Positions 1 to 13,202 of a DNA stretch of 64,000 bases are shown one piece after another. The position numbers and the translations under genes were made by a program. Source of the stretch: Octopus sinensis (lineage: Eukaryota); assembly GCF_006345805.1 (NCBI RefSeq), contig NW_021832563.1:1-64000 (forward strand), read 5' to 3'. Positions within the stretch are counted from its first letter, which is position 1. Each line of letters begins with the position of its first letter. The notes below the pieces were generated by a model. That model was not told the origin of the DNA, searched no databases, and was given only the letters and a program-made list of their open reading frames with translations.

Positions 1-1489
1 TGTCAATGAGAAAGAGCTGGTATCTAACCCAGATCCAAGGTTCCTTCATTGGAACTTCCATATCAACTACAGGGTATTTTTGTTTGTATGTATGTATATG
101 TGCAGATTTGTTTGTTTTGTTTTATGTATGTATCCTCATGCATATAGTTGCATATCTAGACATGCTCATATATATTTAAATGACAAACTTCTTGGACGTT
201 TTACAGATTTTCACAGTTCCAGTGATGGATTGCATCTGTATTCTATATGTGGCTGAAGATTGCTCGACATTTTAAAACTGATGTAATACTTATAGTGTTT
301 AATAAATTGAAGTAGCATGAAACAATTGTACTACACTACCTTGGATATCCTTGTTGCTTATTTTGATTATATATATATATATATATATATACAAAACAAG
401 ATATAATATTTGTCTCTTTTAATAGAAACAAAAGGGTTTATAGGAGTGCAAAAGAAGTGCTCAAATATAATGAGACGAACGCATTTTGAACTTTTGGACG
501 TACTTGTGTGGAACGAGTGAAAGACTTTCTTTCAAATATTTTTTCAAAATTAAAAAAAATTTTTTTTTAATATTTTAATCGTCTGATAACACTTTTTTAG
601 TTGGAGGATATTTATTTTATTTTTATTTTTACCTTTACTTATCTTATTTCATATTTGTCTGTTAGGTTTTTTGGCAGTTTTTGAATTTTTAGCCGTTTAT
701 ATTTAACATTTTTGATCGGACGTCCTTTTTGTATTTTATTCGATGTATACTTTTACCTTCTGTGATTTTATGTATTTTTTTTTATGTATTTGGGAACCAT
801 GGTGATTTTTTATACATGATTAAATTTTGAGGGGTGGGGTTGTATATAAAAGTCATCGACGCAAATTTACTGTTTTTTCTATAACCAACGCTTCTAAATA
901 CATACATACATACACACATCTATATATATATATACATATTATACAATATAAATATACATAAATCTCTATACATATAACTATATAAAAATATATATGTATA
1001 TACATATATATATATACACACAGACACACACATGCAGAGAGAGGGAGAGAGAGACAGACAGAGAAAGAGAGAGAGAGAGAATAGAAAACAAAAAAGCATA
1101 ACTTTTATCGATAGATTTTAAATCCATTATCATCAACACCTGTTTCATAAGGAATAAACGTCATTAATCATTAGGTCTATAATTACATGGTTAGCATACA
1201 TAATTAATATACTCAAAATTGAACAGAAATAGCAAGAATATTACGGACTGAGCTAACCTTTGGCCTCTGAGGGTTGAAATAGAGATGATCTTATATAGGA
1301 ATATATGGGAAGTTAGGTACTGGACATACGATCATGACATACTTGTTTTTCTGTAAGATGGGAGAAATGATGAACGGTCGTGTTCGTGTTTTGACGTTCG
1401 TTAGTGTTTCATCGCACATCTGCACGAACGCTCTCACGCACACACACGCACGCGCGCGCATCTATGTATGTATTTATAAACATACATGT

Positions 1490-1659
1490 AATGAATTTAT
1501 GTATATATATATACCTACGTATTTAGCGTTGTATGTATGTATCTATCTATCTATCTATGTGACTATCTATCTGCTTATCTTTTTGTCTATCTATCTATCT
1601 GCCTGTCTTTCTGTCTGTCTATTTATCTGTCTATCTATCTATCTATCCATGTCTGTCTG

Positions 1660-1735
<76 letters not shown>

Positions 1736-1900
1736 GTATCTACCTGTCTGTCTCTCTGTCTCACCGGATCTGTCCGTTTGTCCGTCTCTGTTTCTCTCTC
1801 TCTCCCTCTCTCTATGTCTCTCCCTGTGTTTCTCTCTCATATACCCTTGTCTTTGTCACCCTTTCTGTTCATACACACACACACACACACACACGCCAGT
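1490..1900. repeat. Compound microsatellite (TATC)n/(TGTC)n/(TC)n/(AC)n
   Basis: Directly visible; explains the YLSI-rich ORFs 1334..1939 and 1537..1902. Confidence 0.95.
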
Positions 1901-2567
1901 AACCAAACCAGATTTTGGCGTCTGTTAAGAAGGACTTAAGTAAAGTTTGAGCAGAGCATTTCACATACGGGTCTCTCGTTTGTGATGCCACTTAATGGAA
2001 TATAATGCCCATTAGCGGCCATCTAATACAGGAACAACCGCTCTCCAATATTCCACAGAGACAGACTTGTATTGGTCAATCTCGGACATAGATTCCTTTT
2101 CATTACAGTTGGGAAATTTATTTATTTATTGCTTTTTTATATTTATTGTTCTGTTACGTTATTTGCTTATTTTTTGTTTTATGTTGGTTTGTCTTTTGTT
2201 GCGATTTTGTTGTGTTTTTTTTTGGTTATTTTTTCTGGTGTTTTATTTCTTCCTTGTCCGCTTTCTTTCTTCTCAAATGACCAGCGAACATTATATGCGC
2301 GACTGCCACGACCTCCACTGACGAGCACACACTACATATATAAAGATATATGTAGACACACATACACACAGACGCATATACATACATACATGCATACATA
2401 CATACATATATATATTTATGTGTGTGTGCATGCATATATATAAATATATATGTACGTATATATATATATATATAATTACACACATACACATATATAGAGA
2501 TATACGCATTTGTGCATGTATCTACATATATATATTAATATATACGTAAATGCATATACGTATAAAT

Positions 2568-2613
<46 letters not shown>

Positions 2614-2831
2614 GTATGGAGGTATATATATATATATATATATATGTACATATTTCTAAACATACATATATATATATATGTATATGAATATATATATATG
2701 TGTGTGTGTGTGTGGTGTGTGTGTGTGTATGTATGTGTGTGTGTATGCATTTATACATATGTGGATGTGTTTGTGTGCGTATATATATATATATATATAT
2801 TGTTTGTATGCATGTATGTATGTGTGTATGT

Positions 2832-2884
<53 letters not shown>

Positions 2885-3230
2885 AGAGAGAGACTATGAA
2901 AATGCATGTGGAATGTGTATGCGTGCATCGATCTGTAAATGTGAATATCACCGTATGACTCTGCATGTGAAACTGTGCGTCTGTGTGTATGCGCTTATTA
3001 ATGCGTGGTATGTGTATACGTATCTGCGGCCTCAGTTGTGTCCGTTTCTATTACTCTGCTGACAGCCTGGAACCGGAAGCCGGTGAAAATGCTATGAGCA
3101 GGCAATGTGTGGTGGACAAGAAGCGACCTCTCTGCATCACCAACCGTAAACTCAACAAATAATAAACATAATCATCATATACATACATATATATGTATAA
3201 TCACGCAATCCGTATGTATGTATGTATCTA

Positions 3231-3319
<89 letters not shown>

Positions 3320-3451
3320 ATATCCATCTATCTATCCATCTATCTGTCTGTATTGCTGTCTCTATTTTGCTTTCTCTCTTTCTCTCTCTCTTAACGTATA
3401 TACACACATACACATAGATTCATACATACACCACACATATTTATATATATA

Positions 3452-3484
<33 letters not shown>

Positions 3485-3553
3485 AATACGTTTACTCATA
3501 TACCCAAACACACACACATATCCATTTATATATTACACACACATGCATACATG

Positions 3554-3586
<33 letters not shown>

Positions 3587-3739
3587 CCCACACATTAAAT
3601 TAGTCAGGGAACCTTTACTACATACAATCCTTGGCATTCGATTAACGCGCGCCATTTTGTGACATGAGGTCATGTGACACGACATGTCGTTTCGGCTAAT
3701 GGACCGCTGCTCGTTTGGACATCGATTGCTCTGCTGTTG

Positions 3740-4257
3740 TTATCGGCGGTGGCGCTGGGGGTAGTGTCGGTGGAACTGGTGTTGATGGTGTTGGTGGTGG
3801 TTCTTGTGGCGGTGGTGGTGCTGCTGGAATTAGTAACGACGGTGATGGTGGAGGTGGTGTTGGTAGTGTTGTTCACGTTCGTTTTGTTGATAGTTGTATT
3901 GGTCTTGTTCTTGCTGGTGGTGATGGTAGTGGTGGTGGTGGTGGTGGTGATGACGATGGTGGTGATGGTGGTGGTGATGACAATGATTGTGGCGATGATG
4001 ATGGTGGATATGGGGGTGATGATGATGGCGATGATGAAGGTGGTGATGATGATGGTGGTGATGGTGGTGGTGGGAGTGATGGTGGTGATGGTGATGTTGG
4101 TGGAGGAGGTGGTGGTGGTGATGGTGGGGTGGAGTTGTTAATGTTCTTGCTGTTGCTGTTGTTGTTGGTTGTGATGGTGGTTGTATTGTTGGTGTTGTGC
4201 TGGTAGTAGTTGTAAGTGCGATGATGGCTTTGATGATAATGGTTGTAGTGGTCATGG

Positions 4258-4288
<31 letters not shown>

Positions 4289-4560
4289 AGTGGTGGTGAC
4301 GTTGTTGTTGTTGTTGGTGGTGTATGTTTGATAATGGTTGTTTTAGGAGTGGTGGGAATGGTAGTGATGTAGATGGTTTTGGTAGAGGCGGTGCAATTGT
4401 TGTTGGTGGTGGTGTTGGAGGTGTAGATGTGGTAGTTGTTTTGGAAATGGTGTTGGTGGTGGCGGTCGTTATGTTAGTAGTGGTGTCGATGGTGGTTGTG
4501 GTGGTAGTGGTAATGGTGGCGACGGCGGCGGTGGTGGTGGTAGTAGTAGTAGGAAGTGTA
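3740..4560. repeat. Degenerate (GGT)n/(GAT)n trinucleotide tract
   Basis: Directly visible; gives poly-V/G/T/H ORFs in several frames. Confidence 0.9.
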
Positions 4561-5051
4561 CGTTGAAGTTGCTGCGTAGGCGTTGGTACCATTCTTAATT
4601 TTGATAAACGCTGTTCTTCATATTGTTGATGTTGTTGTTATACATGTATGTCATTATAATTGTTGGCTTTTAATAACGGGCCAAACTTGAGGGATTGGAC
4701 CTATCATCAAAGACGCTTCAATCGTGACCATTCCGCCTATATATAAGCAAAATGCGGTAGTGAAGATATGTGAAGTATCTGACGTTCTCAGCTCCAGTTT
4801 GTTATACAGGGTGCAGCCAAAATACCTCTCAGATGTCACTCGACTTTTGCCGTAGCATTACTACAGATAAACTGATGATAACGTTGTTTTATCGTTTGAT
4901 CTTTATATTTTGGTTAACATTATGGTTGTGGCCGGGGTGTAACGTGTTGCTTCTTGTTGATATTTTTATCAACCAGCGAAATTTGAAGGTGTCTTGCTGC
5001 ACTCCGAAATGAAATAGATGGTCGGTACTGAAACATTACATTGAAATAGTT

Positions 5052-5130
5052 CTGAAGAAGCTATAACATGCTGCACTGGCACTCAACTCAGTGAGCAAGG
5101 TTCTTTATACTCGAAACAGCTGTAAAGCAA
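5052..5130 (+). ncRNA. Degenerate hammerhead-like motif, Penelope-like element remnant
   Basis: CTGAAGA at 5052-5058 and GAAAC-AGCT-GTA at 5113-5124 (palindromic stem III ACAGCTGT); stems I and II imperfect. Confidence 0.4.
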
Positions 5131-5453
5131 TGAAAGAGATTACGTGCTTTCTGTTCTTTTGATTTTTCATTTATTAATACACACAACTTTATGTGCATAT
5201 ACATATGCATAGGCGCGAGTCTAGGTATGACTTTCTTTACTCCTTTATATGGCGAGCTTTGGTGCACGTGTGTGAATATGCATATGTACAATAATGTTTG
5301 TGCTTGTGTCTTTGTATGTGTGTGTACATGTCGTTATGTGTATACAAGTTCCTGTATGAGAAGGACGTATGTACACCGGCGTGTGTGTGTGCGTGCGTAT
5401 GTGTATGCAAATATATATATATATGTATGCGTATGTGTGTGTGTATATATGTG

Positions 5454-5488
<35 letters not shown>

Positions 5489-5802
5489 ATAGGGCCTGAA
5501 ATTGATCGATATGGGATCATTTGTTTATTACTTGTGATTTTTATTCACCAAACGTAGGCTTCTTTTGCTCATTCCCTGCTTTCACCAGTGCATATAAATG
5601 ACCTGGGTGATTTAGGGTCTTTTGACGTCTTTTTCTAGCATGCTGGTACTTTCCCCAGCATCCTTCATTGTAATTATATATATTTATATATAATCGTACA
5701 CTTGTATTAATTTTTACCTCTACCGTTTTTAATACATACCAGCCACTGATATTATCATTTAATAATAATAATAATAATTTTATGTGCATATATGTATATA
5801 TA

Positions 5803-5921
5803 TCACCGTGATCACCATGACCGACCAGGCTATCAGATGTTACTAGACATCGCTGGTCACAATGCGCTTCGAATTGTTTTAGCCTTGAAATTACACCACC
5901 CCGCTGGCTAAGGGAGCAGGC
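5803..5921 (-). mobile_element. tRNA-derived SINE family A, partial (tail)
   Basis: Matches 43339-43445 of the fuller copy. Confidence 0.8.
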
Positions 5922-5997
5922 AATGTATATATATATATACTTATATATATATATATATATTATATATACACGCACACACACACACACACACACACAC

Positions 5998-6059
<62 letters not shown>

Positions 6060-6942
6060 AATATATATATATTGTGTATGAATATATGCATGAATGTATG
6101 TGTGCCCGTGTGTATTCTATTTATAGAAGTACATACCCGCACAGACCCACAGACACAGATACAGGCACAGACTCACACACACACGCGCGCGCGCGCGCGT
6201 GCGGACACTCATATATACTTTTTATTTCTTAATGGGCGCCATTTTAGTATATGCTATATGTATTTATTATTGTAATTTGGTTTGCGTACAACAAATAGTA
6301 TATTATGCTTGTCTGCGTATATGTCAATCTATCATTACATGCGATTTGTTTTTTTCCCAAGTATCTTCTGTGTAAAAGCTCACCTTTGACGAATAGATAT
6401 TCGTGTGTATGTATCTGTCTGCGTTTCTTGGTTGACGTTAAACGTTACTGTGTGTGAATGTACATTCATATGTATATATATATATATATATGCCTAAGTG
6501 CGTGTGTATAGTTTTGCTACGTATAGAAACATCTGTGTGTTCTATGCTGCCCCTTCCCCATACCACACACAACAGCCACGAACTAAGTCCCTATTCTCTC
6601 GTCCCCACACTTCCTTCCCTGGCTAAGGTGAAGGTTAAAAATATCTATCAAACCAGAATAAGGGGAATCACGCACAACTCCCAAGTCCGAGAAATGTCTT
6701 CGTTGTTAGGGACGTTAATGTGGGTATATAGATTGATGAGAAGGTGTATAGAGTGATAGGGCGTATATAGATCATGCTAGTGGTTGATAAGGGGATGTAT
6801 AGAATATGTTGGTGTTCTATATAGGGAGAACCTGGCGTATATGATATCTTGGTGTAGCACAATGTAATGCAAATGAGTATAACATAGAGATGTTATATAC
6901 ATTTATGGGGTATATACAGATCATATTAGTGAATATACATAC

Positions 6943-6975
<33 letters not shown>

Positions 6976-7040
6976 ATACATACACACACACACGCACACA
7001 TATATATATGTATGAATATGTATGTATGTATGTATGTATG

Positions 7041-7113
<73 letters not shown>

Positions 7114-7219
7114 ATATGTATGTATATCAGTTGCCATGATAGATCGTTAGCCACTACACATTTTTTGTCTCCTTTTTCTCTTCTTTTTCTCTCCTTCTTT
7201 CTTTCCTTGTTTTTTCTGT

Positions 7220-7330
7220 GTCCCTTTCTGTAGAAGAGCGTAGGCTCGAAACGTAAAAGACCTTTTCTATTCCTGAGCGTTATACTAATACATCTGTTTG
7301 TTTTGTACACCCCCTGTGTTCGTCTTTTTT
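7220..7330 (+). mobile_element. Repeat with minimal hammerhead-like motif (Penelope-like remnant), copy 1
   Basis: CTGTAGA-A-GAGC-GTAG-GCTC-GAAAC-GTA; homologous to 61481-61600. Confidence 0.55.
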
Positions 7331-7844
7331 TTTTCGTGAAATCTCCCTATGTATACATATGCATACATATATATATATATATACATACATACACACACAC
7401 ACAGACACACACAAATACACACATATATGTATGTATGTGTCTTCTATTTTTTAATGATTATAAATTTTCCACAGAGGAGGGAGCCGGTTTCCAACAAAGA
7501 TACAAGGCTCCATCTTTGGGATATAGTTGACATAGACGAATTCACATTTGGAACTTGAGAAAAGTCTTGCATATTTTTACTGTTCCACTCACAGATTGCA
7601 CTTGTTATATACGAATCAGCCTGTCAATTTCTCTTTCTGAAAATCCCAGCTTATCCAGATTCTCCTTTACACATTTACTAACAAAACCTAGTGTTCCAAT
7701 TATTGTTGGTATGAATATGAATTCATAGTCTGGATATAGAAACTGGAGGTTTCGAAGCAGTTGTCATTAGATATCCTCTTTTTCTTTGATTTTCAAAGAG
7801 ATATTTATATTTGTAAGCATGTATGCATGTATCTTATCTCTTTC

Positions 7845-7982
7845 TTGTTTCAACCATGCTGGAGCACGGCCTTGGAGAATTTCAGTCGAACGAATCGACC
7901 CTGGTACTTATTTTTCAAAGCTTTGTATTTGTTCAATCAGCCTCATTTGCCGAATCGCTAAGTTATGGAGACATAAACACAT
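7845..7982 (-). mobile_element. SINE family B, 3' part, degraded
   Basis: ccatgctggagcac...gaatcgcta matches the reverse complement of 27400-27540. Confidence 0.7.
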
Positions 7983-8334
7983 TCATATAAACATACATAT
8001 ATACAGATGTGGGGTGGAGGTTATGTGTGTGTGTGTGTATATTGGTGTTGTAGAGTGTAATAACAATGTATGTGATTTTGATGCTTTATAGAGTAGACGG
8101 GTGTATATATATAAGACATCACTGTTGCGGCGCACTCCTTGCTGTTGTCGTTGTTGGTGTTGCTGTTGCGGTCTTCATCCCAGAGCTCTGTAGTGGGAGA
8201 AGTCCGAATCGTGGTCCTTTGCTATTCGTAAGACCCGCAGAAGAGAAAGCAGGTCAACCCCCGACACCGACAGCATCGACGGATGGATGGATGCGCATCC
8301 AGGATCAGCGGTTGCGTAGGAAGTCGGGGACAAG

Positions 8335-8526
8335 AAACAGGAAGAAAGAGAGGGAGAAAGTTGGGGTGAAAGAGTACAACAGGGGTTGCCACCAGCCCCT
8401 GCCGGAGCCTCGTGGAGCTTTAGGTGTTTTCGCTCAATAAACACACACAACGCGCGGTCTGGGAATCGAGACCGCGATCTTCCGACCGCGAGTCCACTGC
8501 CCTAACCACTGGGCCATTGCACCTCC
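8335..8526 (-). mobile_element. tRNA-derived SINE family A (head and body)
   Basis: Minus strand shows box A TGGCCCAGTGG and a box B-like GGTCTCGATTCC; homologous to the copy at 43339-43632. Confidence 0.85.
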
Positions 8527-8799
8527 ACCGTTGTTGGTGTTCAACCCCAGGCTAATCGAGATTGAACACATACCTACGAGCAGTTGTAGAAAGTAGTCCA
8601 ACTACGTATTCACCCAATCATTTTGTTTTCCTGTCACGAAATGAACAAAAATTGGGGGACAAAAGAGGAAATCCCAATGTTTCGGATACATCCGGTCGCA
8701 TAGTGAGACTGATCTTGTTTGTCCTCGGTGTCGAGGTTTGTGACTGTTTTAACAGTAAACGTTGAAATTTTCCACAAGGAATCATCATTGAAAAATGTT

Positions 8800-9320
8800 G
8801 TTGTTGTTGTTGTTGTTTAGCAACTACCTGCTGTATAGTTGGTTAGTGCTGCTCCTCACTCACCACCTGCTTCTCCGCCATCCTCAGCAATTTCTTCCAC
8901 ACCTTGAGTGCCAATCTGGTCTCCTTTGCAATCGCCTCGGGGTCCGTCAGCTGACCGCGGATCGACGGATGGATCTCCAACATCACGTGTTCTCCCGTTT
9001 CTTCACCCATTTTGCAATTGCGGCAAATATGGTCCTCAATTCTTCCAATCTTGTGCTGCCAGCTTCCCAAACCCGGATGGTGGCCGCTTCGCAATCTGCT
9101 AAGCGTGACTTGTTCTTGGCGAGTCAACTGTCGTTCCTCGATGCGATTGGGCTTTTCTCCTCTTTCGCCATAAACCTTTCGCAACCGTTCATGCTACATT
9201 GGAGGGCATCTTATCAATCGTTTGACAGCCGCCTTTACTGCTGCATAATGCCAATTTATCTCCTCTTGATCTTGTTCAGATCCCTCTTTCGCTTTCTCAT
9301 CCGTACGATCTCACGATGAC
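8800..9320 (-). mobile_element. 3' end of an I-group (I/Nimb/R1-like) LINE with (AAC)n tail
   Basis: ORF 8843..9184 has RLRSGH...W.HKIG...CRNC.MGEETGEHV, a C-terminal zinc-knuckle region with a deletion, followed by a short UTR and (AAC)n on the minus strand. Confidence 0.7.
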
Positions 9321-9533
9321 TGTTGTTGCTGTCTTTGTTTGCGGGCCATGTGATCCTGTCGTATGGTATTTAACTATAATACATTCAGGGAAATGTGGCA
9401 AATTGTCACCCTCGTCAGAGCATTACGGTAAAATGCATTGCGAAAATTGCTCTGGTTTTTTAAACTATGAGTTCAAATACCGCCTTGGTAAATTTTGTAA
9501 ATCCTATGAGGGACGATAAATATCCTCCCACAA

Positions 9534-9762
9534 GGCGGCGAGCTGGCAGGAACGTTAGCACGCCGGACGAAATGCGCAGCCGTATTTCGTCTGCCGTTAC
9601 GTTCTGAGTTCATATTCCGCCGAGGTCGACTTTGCCTTTCATCCTTTCGCGGTCGATAAATTACGTACCAGTTACGTACTGGGGTCGATGTAATCGACTT
9701 AATCCGTTTGTCTGTCCTTGTTTGTCCACTGTGTTTAGCCCCTTGTGTGCAGTAAAGAAATA
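9534..9762 (+). mobile_element. tRNA-derived SINE family C (Deu/Nin-domain-like), complete
   Basis: Head GAGCTGGCAGG...GAGTTCATATTCC; core GAGGTCGACTTTGCCTTTCATCCTTTC..GGTCGATAAA resembles the Deu/Nin domain (from memory); tail CTGTGTTTAGCCCCTTGTG. Confidence 0.85.
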
Positions 9763-9769
9763 GATACAC

Positions 9770-9831
9770 TCCTCCTCCTCCTCCTCCTCCTCTTCCTCCT
9801 CCTCAGTAGTAGTAGTAGCAGCAACTGCAGC

Positions 9832-9863
<32 letters not shown>

Positions 9864-9866
9864 CAT

Positions 9867-9899
<33 letters not shown>

Positions 9900-9931
9900 C
9901 AGCTGCAGTAGTAGTAGTAGTAGTAGTAGTC

Positions 9932-9983
<52 letters not shown>

Positions 9984-10012
9984 GAGCAGCTGCTGCAGTA
10001 GTAGTATTAGTA
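9770..10012. repeat. (CCT)n/(AGT)n/(AGC)n microsatellite
   Basis: Directly visible. Confidence 0.95.
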
Positions 10013-10027
10013 GTTCTATGAATTTAG

Positions 10028-10248
10028 TGAGTGGCAGAATCGATAGAGTGCCGGGCAAAATCTTACCGACATTTCGTTCGTCTTTACGTCCACAAGTTCA
10101 AATTCTGTCGAGGTCGATTTTGCCTTTCATCCTTTCCGGTTTCGATAAAAAAAAATTAAGTACCAGTTACGCACTGGGGTCAAAGTAAACAACTTATCTC
10201 CTCCCGCCAAATTTTTGGCCTTGTGCCTATAGTAGAAAGGATTATCAA

Positions 10249-10281
<33 letters not shown>

Positions 10282-10328
10282 CATTATTATTATTATTATT
10301 ATTATCATTATTATTATTATTATTGTTG

Positions 10329-10400
<72 letters not shown>
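10028..10400 (+). mobile_element. SINE family C variant followed by an (ATT)n tract
   Basis: Same head and core as 9534-9762 but a different tail (caaatttttggccttgtgcctatagtagaaagg), then (ATT)n 10245-10400. Confidence 0.8.
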
Positions 10401-10403
<3 letters not shown>

Positions 10404-10943
10404 CATGAGACGTGTTGTGCGTCCTTGTATTAGCTGTTGGTGATAAATGGCGGATTTAAGGCAGCGTCGGTGAAACATGCCACTATCGCTGCTACCTCCA
10501 ATGTGTCAACAGTGATGACGGTGTGGTGGTGGTGGTGGGGCGATGACGACATCGACATGACGACCAGGAGCGCGCTAGCTGTGTTCATGGCGACGATGAT
10601 GACGATGATGATGATGATGATGACAATGGTGAAATTGTTTAGGGTAGGTGGGAGCCACACGTCACGTTTCTAGTCACATAGAGCATAATACTTGACAAAA
10701 TTGACAGATGTATACCGTAGATGAGAGTGAGAGAATTAATTTGTCAGCGTGATAAAGAGTATATGTGGGGAAGAAGGAGAGAGAGAGAGAGAGGGAGGTG
10801 GAAAGGAGGAGGGGTGGAGAGGAGAGTGAGTACGAGATTGTGGTAGGAGAGAAAGTAAGGGAAAAAGAAGAGGAAGGCGAAAGAAAGATAGGATGAGTAA
10901 ATATCTAATTATCTATCTATCTAGCTAGCTAGCTAGCTAGCTA

Positions 10944-11020
<77 letters not shown>

Positions 11021-11038
11021 CTTTAACTTGTTTCTTAT

Positions 11039-11125
<87 letters not shown>

Positions 11126-12239
11126 TTATATATATATATATTTATATATATATTTATATATATATATATATGTATATATATATACATATATATATATATG
11201 TATATAAGAAACAAGTTAAAGATAATGGTCATGACTTATTATTTCTGTATTGGAGCAGAAATGGCTTACAGCTGTTTCCGGTGGTCATCATAGGTACATT
11301 ACTGATAGGTTTACTCAATTGGTCTATTAATAAATAGGTGCGAATTGAACGACCCAAGAAAATTAATGCTACTTTCATCAGAACCATCTCTAGTTACTAG
11401 AAAATCTACCCATTTACGATGGAGACATAAAACGAAGGAGGACAGTCATAACAGCAATATGTGTATTGAGAAATGTGTAAATGGACTTTGATAGAGTACT
11501 GGGTGATGTCTCAGAGAAATCACATTATTGCTGGTGATACAGCATTCTATTGCAGCCATATGACATGTGTTTGTGACTAAGGGACATGTGATGATGATTC
11601 ACTCCCGAAATGAAATAGGCTCCCAGACTCTGTATCATGAATGGTTATGTGGACCGCTCCTAATGAAAGCCAGAGTTTCCTTCGACCACTACATAAAAGG
11701 TATTAAGAAAAAATGTTATTTAAATATACTTTTATTTTAGTTGTTTAAACTCTTATACATTCAAAGTTCACAAATTTCCTTATTTAAATTATGAATCAAA
11801 TTCCTTTTGATAATATCAATATGATTACAAAACTTTTTCGACGATATTTTCTGTTTAATCGACATTAATTTTCGAATTACTGGAGTCTGTTGCTCTACTC
11901 ACAGTGATGGATAACTGGCCGTGTGTATACATCGGATAGCGTAACAATACACCTACACGATCTAAAGTCTGGCCTTGTGACTTGTTTGCTGTGAATGCGC
12001 GAGCAGAATCTTTAGGGTTGCAAAAAATCAAACTAATTTTTACCCTTCACTGTTCTATATGAATAATGTCTGGATGTTCTGGTACCATGGGTTATATTGC
12101 TTCACAAAACTTAGATGTAAACAACAGCCGCTTCGATTAGCCGTTTCGAATCCTGCTCGAGACTGACACACTTCAATAACCACTAAATAATCACACACAC
12201 TATATACTGACAAACACTTTTTTCATTTTATTCTCGCTA

Positions 12240-12538
12240 TTAACCGTCCTCGCGACCCCCTTTGTATCTACAATGGGGCTACGAGCTATACGATAAAAAT
12301 CCACAGTTACTCGTGGTCGGTGAATTTTAAATAAAAATGCGAAGATGATTTAGCAATTCAAAAATCGATATCCACGAAATAATCCTGCTTTCTGATTTTT
12401 TAATGCTAAAAACCTTCCTGACAATCGTCTTTGTGATCCTGAAAAATATCACAACCATTGGTCCAGCCGTCTGGCTGTGAAGCGGGAACGGACAAAGAGA
12501 CGGACAGACATACGGACATAACTTCCATTATAGTAAGA
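12240..12538 (-). mobile_element. Non-autonomous Helitron-like element, copy 2
   Basis: Starts TCTTACTATAATGG on the minus strand followed by a (GTCC/GTCT) microsatellite; homologous to the adjacent copy; 3' end unclear. Confidence 0.6.
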
Positions 12539-12891
12539 TAGCAAAATCTGCCCGTCTACGGTGGGAAATGAAGGAATAATGTCGCAAATATAAACTCTCA
12601 AAATTCACGGACTACCCCGGAAGAGTGGGGTCCAGAGCTAATCCTTGTCGCCGGAATTTTAACAAAAAAGAAATCAAAGGTGATTTATTGATACAAAACT
12701 CATTGTCCACTAAATAAGCGGACACTTTCACATATTTTCTCTAAAAACCTTCCTGATTATCTCCTTCGTAATCCCAGAAAAAACATCGTGACCATTGGTC
12801 CAGTGGTTTGACCGTGAAGAGGGAACAGACAGACAGACGGACAGATGGACAGATAGATAGAAAAACAGATATAACGTCCATTATAGTAAGA
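12539..12891 (-). mobile_element. Non-autonomous Helitron-like element, copy 1
   Basis: 5' A|TCTTACTATAATGG, (TCTG)n tract, 3' hairpin CCGT-AG-ACGG then gcagattttgCTA, abutting the TC start of the next copy. Confidence 0.65.
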
Positions 12892-13202
12892 TATGTTTTT
12901 ATTATGGCCACACGGGGCTAAACACAGAAAATAGACGAAATACAATGTAGAGTTTTTCTTTTCGAGGTGGGATGGGTGGGACACAAAAAAGAAAAAGCCC
13001 GATCAATAGGGATCGTTGGGCTGTGTTATGTACAAAAAAAGGAAAGACATATATATATATATATATATAAAGTTCCAAAAAAAAAAGGGTGGGAAACGAT
13101 AGTTTACAAGAAAGAAAAACCTACAAAAAAGACCGAGGTCACCTCAGGCAGTTCAAAAAGAACACATGAGTAAGTCACCCTACCTCTCGTTGTCTCTTTT
13201 GG

